A stretch of 64,000 nt of DNA from a virus. Positions within the stretch are counted from its first letter, which is position 1, and every line of letters starts with the position of its first letter. The notes beneath the pieces were generated by a model, which saw only the letters and a program-made list of their open reading frames with translations, was not told the origin of the DNA and made no database searches. The translations under genes were made by a program, and so were the position numbers. This document shows positions 1 to 7,701 of the stretch, in pieces. The stretch covers positions 30,403-94,402 of IMG/VR virus record IMGVR_UViG_3300034073_004910. The stretch is one strand, 5' to 3'.

Positions 1-102
1 ACAGTTTGAAGTTGTGCATTGCACAGAGGACAATGATACGTTACAAAGTTAATGTGAGTCACTACTCTGGGCTGAGGCAGATTTTTAAGTACAGCTTTCA
101 TA

Positions 103-711
103 TTATCTTCCTGAAATTCTCCTATCGTAACTAGCAAAAGATTCGTCCCACCATTCGGGTTTATTTCTAAACTTCCACTGAGCAAACGTTGCTTTGTCGA
201 GCATATAAAAATATCTATAAGTTTGAACAGGGTCGTTTGGATTTCTTAGTTCTGGCGGGAAATGTTGGGATAAAGCTAACGCAAATTGCGTTAGCCCCAA
301 ATTGGGCATATTGTTAGGAATATTGAAATTCTTTACAATATGCTCGAGTTCACGAATTTTTCCATATCTATAGGTGTACTCATCACAAAGCTCTGCCGCA
401 TAATTAAAAGTGTAGGCATAGTTTTCATATGACGAGCGCACCCAGATAGTACACGGATGATTATACATAGTAGGCAGATACGGCGACAAAGGCCTCTCTG
501 GTAAAGGAAGGGGAGCGATTTCTTTCTTCGCTTTATTAAGAATACCAGTTTCTTCTTTGGTAAGAGCACGAGGAACAAAACCTAATAGTTTATCTACCCA
601 TAGAGCTGTGCTCATCATTTGAGCAGCTTCAAGCGGCATTTTCACTACATGCTTATCGACATGATATTCAATACTTTTTTTAAGATCGTGGTCGAGAATA
701 AAGATGTTCAC
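103..711 (-). CDS. Pyrimidine-dimer DNA glycosylase (DenV-like) family protein
   Basis: MNIFxLD...HxDKHVVKMPLEAAQM...NHPCTIW...YRYFY...WKFR..PEWW pattern typical of the family. Confidence 0.75.
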   Translation of the reverse strand: MNIFILDHDLKKSIEYHVDKHVVKMPLEAAQMMSTALWVDKLLGFVPRALTKEETGILNKAKKEIAPLPLPERPLSPYLPTMYNHPCTIWVRSSYENYAYTFNYAAELCDEYTYRYGKIRELEHIVKNFNIPNNMPNLGLTQFALALSQHFPPELRNPNDPVQTYRYFYMLDKATFAQWKFRNKPEWWDESFASYDRRISGR

Positions 712-737
712 TAAAGTTCTCTGACATTGAAAGATAT

Positions 738-766
738 ATTATATATAATTGACGTAATAAAGTCAA
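738..766 (-). promoter_or_regulatory. sigma70 promoter TTGACT-N17-TATAAT
   Basis: near-consensus hexamers upstream of 103..711. Confidence 0.8.
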
Positions 767-911
767 GAAACTTTTTCTAAAATTTGAGGCGTAGCTTTAA
801 AATTAAATACCTGAGTACGAGTCTACAGCGTTCATCCGAAAGTTCACTTACAGTGAGTTCCTGATTCATAAGCTGCTGTAAAATTTTCTCGTACTCAGGC
901 TTAATCATTAG

Positions 912-1091
912 TTATTCCTTATCATCCATTCCTTCTGTGTCTGAGTAAGCCCCAGATTTACCTCGATGTTGGTTCCAGGTAGAATAACAAACTGCAACTG
1001 CTTGCTGCTGATCGCGGCCTTCTCTTATAACTTCTGGCACACAGCGGGCAATAAAAGACTCTTCCGTTTCGTTTTTTCTAGGTTTTGGCAT
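912..1091 (-). CDS. 59-aa hypothetical protein (MPKPRKNETEESFIARCV...QQAVAVCYSTW)
   Basis: read manually; overlaps stop of upstream ORF; recalled as a conserved small phage domain. Confidence 0.7.
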   Translation of the reverse strand: MPKPRKNETEESFIARCVPEVIREGRDQQQAVAVCYSTWNQHRGKSGAYSDTEGMDDKE

Positions 1092-1521
1092 TATTTGATC
1101 TCATCAACTCTACATAACTAGAGAGTTCTCCTACTAGCTCCTCGATACGATCGAGCAACGAGTCAAAACTTTCATCGTCTTCGTCATCTTCATATGCAAC
1201 TTTATCGTTATTCAATTGCTCTACTTTATTTCGAGCCCAAGACTGCCCAGGATCACCTCCCCATAAAGCCCAGGCAATTCTCCCAGCACTAGGGTACCCC
1301 TGCTCTCCTGGGGAAAATCCTTGGCCTTGCTTATCGACTTCGTGTCGAGAAAAATAAGAATGCATACGCCGAACCGTGCGCGGAGAAAGATTTTCTTTTC
1401 GAATCAATTGATTTGCACGAGTGACTCCTACAATCGTACCACCTCGATTATATTCTTTGCGCCACTCTAAACCCCGCTTGGCTTCGGCTGCCATTGCATC
1501 TGTAGGAACTAAATCTACCAT
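1078..1521 (-). CDS. Conserved phage hypothetical protein (RMHSYFSRHEVDK...IAWALWGGD)
   Basis: ORF with GGAG RBS; recalled widespread phage domain. Confidence 0.75.
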   Translation of the reverse strand: MVDLVPTDAMAAEAKRGLEWRKEYNRGGTIVGVTRANQLIRKENLSPRTVRRMHSYFSRHEVDKQGQGFSPGEQGYPSAGRIAWALWGGDPGQSWARNKVEQLNNDKVAYEDDEDDESFDSLLDRIEELVGELSSYVELMRSNNAKT

Positions 1522-1534
1522 TGTTTACTCCATA

Positions 1535-1610
1535 TGGTGCTTCGAGATGGGATTGAACCATCGACCTGACGCTTATAAGACGCCCGCTCTTACCCCTGAG
1601 CTACCGAAGC
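1535..1610 (-). tRNA. tRNA-Ile(UAU)
   Basis: cloverleaf GCTTCGG/TCGAAGC-ACCA, anticodon arm GGCGT-CT TAT AA-GCGTC, T-loop GGTTCAATCC. Confidence 0.9.
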
Positions 1611-1614
1611 GAAT

Positions 1615-1691
1615 TGGTGGGCTGTCTGGGATTCGAACCCAGGACACCCTGGTTAAAAGCCAGGTGCTCTAACCAACTGAGCTAACAGCCC
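1615..1691 (-). tRNA. tRNA-Lys(UUU)
   Basis: cloverleaf, CCTGG-CT TTT AA-CCAGG, encoded CCA. Confidence 0.95.
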
Positions 1692-1697
1692 TTACGA

Positions 1698-1771
1698 TGG
1701 TGCGGCTTGAGAGAATCGAACTCTCACCTCTAGCTTGGAAGGCTAGGGCACTACCTTTATGCAAAAGCCGC
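1698..1771 (-). tRNA. tRNA-Gly(UCC)
   Basis: cloverleaf, CTAGC-CT TCC AA-GCTAG, encoded CCA. Confidence 0.95.
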
Positions 1772-2142
1772 TAAAGGGGAATTTCTGCTAGCCCAGATTC
1801 GCGATCTAGGTACTTGTAAGACACGTTGACTGGCTCAAATTCTTCCAGCGCCTGAAACACATCTCTTGGGTCCATAGGACCACAGGTATATACGTCAAGT
1901 TGAATAAGTCCAGGATTCGTTTCATCCCAAACATGAATCGCAATATGACTGGTCTCGATAATCACAACTCCAGTCAATCCACGATTTCCTTCGACATTTA
2001 AATAATGAGAAATAGGACCTTTACAAATTTTCATGCCAATCTTAGAGACTAGCGTAGTCATCCAGTGCTCCAAGTGCTCTGTAGCCGTTGGAGGATTTAG
2101 TACTTCTGCGCGAATGATTAAATGTACGTGTACAAGGTGCAT
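1771..2142 (-). CDS. speD: S-adenosylmethionine decarboxylase proenzyme
   Basis: GLTGVVIIETSHIAIHVWDE autocleavage region and QLDVYTCG motif. Confidence 0.9.
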   Translation of the reverse strand: MHLVHVHLIIRAEVLNPPTATEHLEHWMTTLVSKIGMKICKGPISHYLNVEGNRGLTGVVIIETSHIAIHVWDETNPGLIQLDVYTCGPMDPRDVFQALEEFEPVNVSYKYLDRESGLAEIPL

Positions 2143-2151
2143 ATATTTCTC

Positions 2152-2361
2152 TTAAAAATGTTTTGTCAAAATCTGTAGTTTTTCTTCCCACTCTGCTAGA
2201 ATTGCTACTTCCTGATCAATTGTTTTCATAATATCAGGATGCTCGCCAACTCCAACATGATTGTTCAATAGAATTTCAATATTTACTTTATGAAATTCTA
2301 TCTCTGCTTCGTACTTTTGTTTGAGAGCCTTTAAAATATTACTGCGATGAGTTATGCTCAT
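2152..2361 (-). CDS. Conserved phage hypothetical protein (69 aa, GVGEHPDI)
   Basis: start moved to the ATG just after the tRNA-Leu 3' end. Confidence 0.75.
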   Translation of the reverse strand: MSITHRSNILKALKQKYEAEIEFHKVNIEILLNNHVGVGEHPDIMKTIDQEVAILAEWEEKLQILTKHF

Positions 2362-2427
2362 ATAATTCTCTAAAAGTGGTGCGGGTAGCCGGACTCGAAC
2401 CGGCACGCTATAAAAGCGACAGATTTT

Positions 2428-3076
2428 CTTACCACTACGTGTTTCCACGCCATTACTGTTTGTGGTCTGGACTTTGTCTTTACCATAGTGTTTCCACTTT
2501 AGGTACCTCGTGTAAAGTCTCTACACTCGTCTTTCGACTAGCACGGCGTTGCCATGACTAAAGGTTTCACCGTTTTAGCGAGGTCCACTTACTAAGTTTC
2601 CCTAGTAAGGCTCTTATTTGTATAGTGCGTTACAATAACTTCTTGCGAGCTAAAAGTTTCTATATTTTGAGAAGCTTTCCCAGCGCAGCTTCTGCTGCAA
2701 AACGGCCCTTTTTTCCTTTGCTTCTATTATGTTTAGCATCGTGTAGCTTTCTCCCTTCTAGGATAAAACTAGAATGGCACACTTCACATATAAAAGTTTG
2801 AGAGCCTATTCGTTTTGCGTCAAGTTTTGCATGTGCTGAGCGGTCAATAACCGCTAAGTTATCAATATCGTTATTAGTAACGTCTCCGTCAATGTGGTCT
2901 ACGGTTTCATTTTTGGTAAACTTTCTACCAATATGGTTTTCCATAATAAACTTAGGATATGAAACAGTTTTCTTTGTTCCATCAAGAAACACAATAACTA
3001 TTCTAGATCTATTATCCTTAGCTATGTAGGGGCCATATATTTTTTTAATATTTTCGTAAACCATACACTATACTAA
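2428..3076 (-). mobile_element. Group I intron (649 nt) in the tRNA-Leu anticodon, with an endonuclease ORF in the P1 loop
   Basis: exon ends in U and intron ends in G; P1 CTT^TTA/TAAGAG with U.G at the splice site; R element GTAGAGACTTTA and S element AAGACAAAGTCC. Confidence 0.9.
2592..3064 (-). CDS. Intron-encoded HNH homing endonuclease (frame 0 stops at 2660; -1 frame runs to 2592)
   Basis: VDHIDGDVTNNDIDNL HNH motif, CEVC, and FCSRSC in the -1 frame. Confidence 0.85.
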
Positions 3077-3114
3077 AAGTCTGTTGTGTCTACCGATTCC
3101 ACCATACCCGCGTA

Positions 3115-3270
3115 TCAATCATACCAATGGCGAAGCACTCCCGCCATAATTACAAAGTTTGTAAGCAGAGTGACTATTACTATCACTGTACGAATCAAAG
3201 CTATAGTGTTTGCTTCTTTGTCCGTACTGCCGCTTTTTTCGCCTAGAGCTTTTGCCCAAAGTCTCCACAT
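3115..3270 (-). CDS. Small membrane protein (MWRLWAKALGEK..., 51 aa)
   Basis: single TM segment; start lies after tRNA-Thr. Confidence 0.65.
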   Translation of the reverse strand: MWRLWAKALGEKSGSTDKEANTIALIRTVIVIVTLLTNFVIMAGVLRHWYD

Positions 3271-3273
3271 ATT

Positions 3274-3349
3274 TGGTGCTCCCAGAGAGAATCGAACTCC
3301 CAACCTACTGATTACAAATCAGTTGCTCTACCTGTTGAGCTATGGAAGC
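3274..3349 (-). tRNA. tRNA-Thr(UGU)
   Basis: ACTGA-TT TGT AA-TCAGT anticodon arm, CCA end. Confidence 0.95.
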
Positions 3350-3386
3350 CAAAAATTGCCGAATGCTCTTTTCAAATTTGAAATAT

Positions 3387-3415
3387 AGTATACTTAAAAA
3401 AACTAAAAAAGTCAA
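3387..3415 (-). promoter_or_regulatory. sigma70 promoter TTGACT-N17-TATACT driving the tRNA cluster
   Basis: hexamers and spacing. Confidence 0.75.
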
Positions 3416-3423
3416 CATATATT

Positions 3424-3705
3424 TTAGGATATCTTTTTATTTTTGTAAGGGTTATCTTGATAGAAGGTTTTTTGAATCATCCAATTGCATGGATAGTGAA
3501 ACACATCTTTTGTTGCAGTAAAAAGCACTGTTTGATAGTCCAGCTCAAGATAACTGAGCCAGCCTGGTTGAGTTTTTTCAATTTGTTTTTTTGAAAGAAC
3601 ATCCAAAATTTTATATGGCTCAGAAACTATACATACGTCTACTCCAATAAATTGAAAGTATACTGGATGCCATGTTATGGTAGCAATTGATCCTATTGGG
3701 TGCAT
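3424..3705 (-). CDS. Hypothetical protein
   Basis: ORF in operon. Confidence 0.55.
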   Translation of the reverse strand: MHPIGSIATITWHPVYFQFIGVDVCIVSEPYKILDVLSKKQIEKTQPGWLSYLELDYQTVLFTATKDVFHYPCNWMIQKTFYQDNPYKNKKIS

Positions 3706-4097
3706 AATTGATTATGTACTATGATTGCCTCTTCTGGCGTGGAAACAACAATCGAATCAATATTTTCATAATTGTTTCGAAATGCAACTGCTAGTCTTTG
3801 ATTTCCAAATAGACAAAGATATGGTTTTTTGGAGTCGTAAAGCGATAAGCAGTTTTCATCGACCGACTGCTTACCGTGATTGTAGGCTTCTAAAGTATTT
3901 TCTGTAACTATAATTGGATGTTTCATTCCATTTACTAGTATATCGTTTTCCAACTCATAAAAGTTTGGTTGAATTAGTCTACTTTCATGAGTAACAAAGT
4001 TTGCTATAGAACTTACTGGTAGATTTACTACATAGTATGTAGTTGTAACTATCTCAAGCAAAGGAGTGGCTCGAGTTATTGTAAAGCTATCTTTCAT
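3693..4097 (-). CDS. ParB/Srx-like domain protein
   Basis: LENDILVNGMKHPIIV...LFGNQRL pattern. Confidence 0.6.
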   Translation of the reverse strand: MKDSFTITRATPLLEIVTTTYYVVNLPVSSIANFVTHESRLIQPNFYELENDILVNGMKHPIIVTENTLEAYNHGKQSVDENCLSLYDSKKPYLCLFGNQRLAVAFRNNYENIDSIVVSTPEEAIIVHNQLCTQ

Positions 4098-4410
4098 GAA
4101 TGCTTCGATAGAAGAGTATCACGCTCTGCGATTCTTTGATGTATCGCCGCAATTCCTGCACATTGTGAGACAGGTTTTCGTAGCCTTTTGGCGTAATCGC
4201 AAAAAACGGTTCATTTCCTGCTTTTGCTAAAAACTCGTCTAAATTTTTTTCTGATACGACATAAAATTCTACAGACCGTAATGTAACCGCACTTACGGGC
4301 GCGGCATGAATTATTGGAGTCGGTTCGCAGTAGTTCGGCGCAAGCTCAGGCTTTTGCTGCAAAAGCGAGCATCCGCTTAAAAGTGTTGCACAAATTATAA
4401 GTTTTTTCAC
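4087..4410 (-). CDS. o-spanin (Rz1-like lipoprotein)
   Basis: signal peptide with lipobox LLSGC; follows the i-spanin. Confidence 0.75.
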   Translation of the reverse strand: MKKLIICATLLSGCSLLQQKPELAPNYCEPTPIIHAAPVSAVTLRSVEFYVVSEKNLDEFLAKAGNEPFFAITPKGYENLSHNVQELRRYIKESQSVILFYRSIHER

Positions 4411-4820
4411 TTTAAAAGCTCAGTTTGAAATTGCTGAGTTTCAGCCTCTATAGTGTCAAATACTTGCTGCGTCGCCCGATTCACTCGTATTTGTATCAGA
4501 TTTGGCTTAGCCGCCGATAATTTTGTTAAATCGTGTTTTTGAAATATTTCTTGTGCTTTAGCTGCTTCTTCTCTAATTTTCACCGTGCGAGCATTTAAAT
4601 TATTGAGCTCTAGTGTTTGAGTATTAATGCTTTGAGAAATTCGTTCAAGTGAAGTCGAAAGTTGTTGAATTTGATAAGTTCGCACTTGTAGTTGTGCTTG
4701 AAGAGTTTTATTTGAATTTGAAAGATTATTTACGAAAATATATAAATATGTAAATAATCCTAGAGTACCAAGAATAAAAACGAGGTTAAGAATTCTTTTA
4801 AATTCCAATAGAAAGTTCAT
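4407..4820 (-). CDS. i-spanin (Rz-like)
   Basis: N-terminal TM plus coiled coil, directly after the lysozyme gene. Confidence 0.75.
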   Translation of the reverse strand: MNFLLEFKRILNLVFILGTLGLFTYLYIFVNNLSNSNKTLQAQLQVRTYQIQQLSTSLERISQSINTQTLELNNLNARTVKIREEAAKAQEIFQKHDLTKLSAAKPNLIQIRVNRATQQVFDTIEAETQQFQTELLK

Positions 4821-5301
4821 GAATTATTCTCATTTTGGCAGTTAGTCTTCGAGCTTGTTCGCCATACTGTGCATACCAAAAACTGGACTCCATTTCTTTA
4901 GCTACATTTGCCCAGTTTTTAGTATAAACAGTTGCGATTAATTCTTTCAAAGAAAGGAAATTATCGCGGCCCAGGAAGAACAGCATATTTATTAATACTT
5001 CCTGGGCCTCGGCAGGGATGGTTTCCCAGTCTGGAAAGATGATTCTGAAGTCAGAAAATGCAATGGCGAGGTCTTCTTCAAACAACTCGCGACTCTGTGC
5101 TTCAGTAATTGTATCGCCTAATTTTAACGAGCGAATAGGTAAAGGATCTTTCTTAGATATTTTATGACCTATTCCTACGGTCAGAAATCCTTCTGTATCG
5201 CTGTAAACTCTTAACTTTTTTCCTGCGTCAATCTCAAGTTGACGAATTAGACGTTTTAAATTTACTTGTCCAGCATTATGTCTAGGAAACCACCCCATCA
5301 C
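4798..5301 (-). CDS. T4-lysozyme-like (GH24) protein; catalytic Glu apparently replaced by Ala
   Basis: LEIDAGKKLRVYSDTEGFLTVGIGH aligns with T4L [25 protein letters not shown]. Confidence 0.85.
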   Translation of the reverse strand: MMGWFPRHNAGQVNLKRLIRQLEIDAGKKLRVYSDTEGFLTVGIGHKISKKDPLPIRSLKLGDTITEAQSRELFEEDLAIAFSDFRIIFPDWETIPAEAQEVLINMLFFLGRDNFLSLKELIATVYTKNWANVAKEMESSFWYAQYGEQARRLTAKMRIIHELSIGI

Positions 5302-5306
5302 TTATA

Positions 5307-5411
5307 TCAGCCGAAAGGAAGCCCAGATGCTAATTCAAAAGCACCTACGCCTACCATCAACCCAAGAAGGGTAATACCGGCTTTTTCAAAAATGTTGGAA
5401 ATCGTGTTCAT
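5307..5411 (-). CDS. 34-aa single-TM peptide (MNTISNIFEKAGITLLGLMVGVGAFELASGLPFG)
   Basis: ATGA overlap with the hsp20 stop; hydrophobic. Confidence 0.5.
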   Translation of the reverse strand: MNTISNIFEKAGITLLGLMVGVGAFELASGLPFG

Positions 5412-5794
5412 GATTGTATCTCAATATAATTGGCGGGGTTAACTGCCCGAGGCTTGAAAGTAATCTTTAATAGCCCGTCTTTAAACGTAGCGTCTGTCAC
5501 TTCAAGATTTTTTGGTACAAAAAAACTGCGCCGGAATGCTTTTCCACTTATACCCTTATGAATATAAGTTTCTGAGCTTAAACTTTTCTCTCCTTCTACA
5601 AGCAGAATACCGTTGTCAAAATGAATCTTCACTTGTTCTTTTGACCAACCTGGAAGAGCCAAATCTACTCTATAGTTCTGATCTTCAAGCTTTACGATAT
5701 TAAACCGAGGAAATGCGTCTACGTTCAGATCGCCAAAAAAGTCTGTAAAAAGCTTATCGCCACCCACAAAGAAGTGGTCAAGTAGTTTAGTCAT
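5408..5794 (-). CDS. hsp20: Small heat-shock protein Hsp20 (IbpA-like)
   Basis: FPRFNIVK...YIHKGISGKAFRRSF...ATFKDGLLKI alpha-crystallin motifs; GGAG RBS. Confidence 0.93.
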   Translation of the reverse strand: MTKLLDHFFVGGDKLFTDFFGDLNVDAFPRFNIVKLEDQNYRVDLALPGWSKEQVKIHFDNGILLVEGEKSLSSETYIHKGISGKAFRRSFFVPKNLEVTDATFKDGLLKITFKPRAVNPANYIEIQS

Positions 5795-5840
5795 AATTTA
5801 TCTCCTAAAAAATAAACCCGCCCCTTGACGGAAGCGCCAT

Positions 5841-5872
5841 AAAAAAGCTCACAGTAATACTGTGAGCTTTTT
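5841..5872. terminator. Bidirectional intrinsic terminator
   Basis: AAAAAAGCTCACAGTA-A-TACTGTGAGCTTTTT. Confidence 0.8.
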
Positions 5873-5882
5873 CAAACAAAAC

Positions 5883-6074
5883 CTATTTTTCGCTAATCGG
5901 AGTTTTTGTTACTGCTCGGAGCGCAACAATCAATCCACCAAGAATGCTGCCGACTACAGTTACTTGTTCCGGAGTCAATCCCGACTCGCTAACTGTTTGC
6001 TGAGCCCAGGAAAGAACTACAGTAACTAAACCCAGCCATACAGTTTTCGATTTGAAATAATTAACAAAATTCAT
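5883..6074 (-). CDS. Small two-TM protein, holin-like
   Basis: KSKTVW...IVALRAVTKTPI with two TM segments, near lysis genes. Confidence 0.6.
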   Translation of the reverse strand: MNFVNYFKSKTVWLGLVTVVLSWAQQTVSESGLTPEQVTVVGSILGGLIVALRAVTKTPISEK

Positions 6075-6282
6075 ACTTTTCTCCTAATTGAATTCCTAGA
6101 ATTCAATCTGCTCTTAAAAGAGCTAAGGAACGCAGCTAGAGAATTCTAGCCACATTATCGAACCCATCCTCTTCCTCGTCTTTATCCCACCAGTCCGAAC
6201 TTTCTCGAGTGGAATAAATATCGTTAACACCAGCAAACAAAAGTATAATAACTAAAAATAAATTCACTATTGTTTTCCTAAT

Positions 6283-6630
6283 TAGTGGGAGTTTTTCTGT
6301 TGCGAGGAGGTTCCTTTGGGGAACACAAAACTCCCGAAACCCCGAGAAATCATGCTGCTACAGCATATTCCTCATTATAAAAGTCATCGTTTGCTTTTAT
6401 ATTTATTTGCTTCTTCGACCGGGAAGTCCCAATCCTAACGGCTTTCGCATTGCCGGATCGTCCGCGTCTTTTTCCTGCTCTGTCGAAACCAGAACACCCC
6501 CATCAAAGTATACTCTGTCGCCGTTTTTGCTACGCTGGTAACGACCAAGACCTCAAAGAATATACTTTGGTGGAGGTGGGCGGAGTCGAACCGCCTTCCA
6601 AAACAGTTCCAATCAACATCATACGATCAT
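6283..6630 (-). ncRNA. ssrA: Circularly permuted (two-piece) tmRNA; tag ANDDFYNEEYAVAA at 6350-6394; outer ends approximate
   Basis: acceptor piece GGCGGTTCGACTCCGCCCACCTCCACCA (ends 6568) precedes coding piece GGGGGTGTTCTGGTTTCGAC (starts 6501); G3.U70 pair; tag ends in AA. Confidence 0.9.
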
Positions 6631-6700
6631 AATTGCTCAGTTTGGATTCGAACCTTGTCCGTGTATTGTCTACCCGCACGTCCCACCGTACTGACCGAGC
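6631..6700 (-). ncRNA. tRNA-like small RNA or degenerate tRNA upstream of the tmRNA
   Basis: 7-bp stem GCTCGGT/ACTGAGC, D-like arm, GGTTCGAATCC loop; poor anticodon arm and T-stem. Confidence 0.55.
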
Positions 6701-6728
6701 AAATTTATTTATTTACTTTACAGTGAGT

Positions 6729-6757
6729 ATTATAGTAAATCTTGAGCTAAAGGTCAA
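6729..6757 (-). promoter_or_regulatory. sigma70 promoter TTGACC-N17-TATAAT for the RNA genes
   Basis: hexamers and spacing. Confidence 0.8.
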
Positions 6758-7014
6758 GAATTATTTTTGGGGAGGCTAGCGTTTTTATGACTATAAAACT
6801 CCTCTAAGTGCTCTTTGAAAGTGTTATAAGTTTTGTCAAACTTATAGCTATAGAGAGTTACAAGCGAGAGCATAAAATTGTCGATTTTATCCGTAAACTC
6901 AGCCGACAGCCCAGCAAATTCTTCGCTATCCAAAACTTCTCGAAAAAGTTTCAGATCGTCAATAATTTGCCAGACTTCCATAAGCTGTTGTTCAAGATCA
7001 AATTGTTTGCTCAT
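6754..7014 (-). CDS. Hypothetical protein (QFDLEQQ family; paralog of 7689..8153)
   Basis: shared N-terminus MS.QFDLEQQ.M..W.I.DDLK. Confidence 0.75.
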   Translation of the reverse strand: MSKQFDLEQQLMEVWQIIDDLKLFREVLDSEEFAGLSAEFTDKIDNFMLSLVTLYSYKFDKTYNTFKEHLEEFYSHKNASLPKNNS

Positions 7015-7199
7015 TTTACTTTCGCCTATTTAAGATTGCTGAAGATGCTCTAGCGTATGTTGAATTACAAGTTGAGTGTAGCGCTGTAGTTCTTCGTCAT
7101 AGCTACAAGACCAGTCAATTCTTTCATTGTTTTGGTTCCACTCTTCAGCTTCCCAAAAAGCAAAACCTGCTTGACGAGCTAAAAACCAAAAAATTTCGT

Positions 7200-7406
7200 T
7201 CACAGTCCAGCACCCTCTTTCAGCATTGCATCAGCAAAAGCATAAGCATCTTTTGCATACGTGCTAAATCCGCCCGCTCGCTCAGAGTCGGCAAGCATTC
7301 CAGCGAGGGCCTGCCCCGCGAAGTAGTCACGCAGGGACATGCCCGGACAAAAGTTTTTCAAGTCTCTATGGGTCGGGAATGCCGTCCCACCATCATTCTT
7401 CATCAT
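7200..7406 (-). CDS. Conserved small phage protein (GG.AFP...GMSLRDYFA)
   Basis: recognisable motif. Confidence 0.75.
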   Translation of the reverse strand: MMKNDGGTAFPTHRDLKNFCPGMSLRDYFAGQALAGMLADSERAGGFSTYAKDAYAFADAMLKEGAGL

Positions 7407-7473
7407 TTTCTATTTCTCTTTTCGATTTCAGAAACTATTATGACACGCCTCGACCAAAGAGTCAACAACTGTT

Positions 7474-7701
7474 TTATGTCTGGCCATAATAGTCCAAGAT
7501 GCGGAGAATTGCACGAATAGTTTTTCTAATCTTTTTTAGATCGGTCTCAAGATCAGAAGAAAATACTCCTGCCGGAATATTGCCGTTTTTTCGAGATTCA
7601 TACTCTATTTGTAAGTTAGTTAAATTTTGGTGTAAATCTTGGGTAACAATCTCACAAACCATAGGATACGGAAGTTCTATTTGCATTTTTAAATCTCCCA
7701 A
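7474..7701 (-). CDS. Hypothetical protein
   Basis: ORF in operon. Confidence 0.55.
   Translation of the reverse strand: MGDLKMQIELPYPMVCEIVTQDLHQNLTNLQIEYESRKNGNIPAGVFSSDLETDLKKIRKTIRAILRILDYYGQT

Larger units (their letters stand above)
2377..3111 (-). tRNA. trnL: tRNA-Leu(UAA), split: 5' exon 3077-3111, 3' exon 2377-2427
   Basis: acceptor GCGGGTA/TACCCGC-ACCA; spliced anticodon arm ACAGA-CT T^AA AA-TCTGT; long variable arm. Confidence 0.92.

Noticed and set aside
1421-1672. Plus-strand ORF, and similar ones at 2376-2561, 3086-3388 and 6450-6632
   Set aside because: Antisense to tRNA, intron and tmRNA genes.
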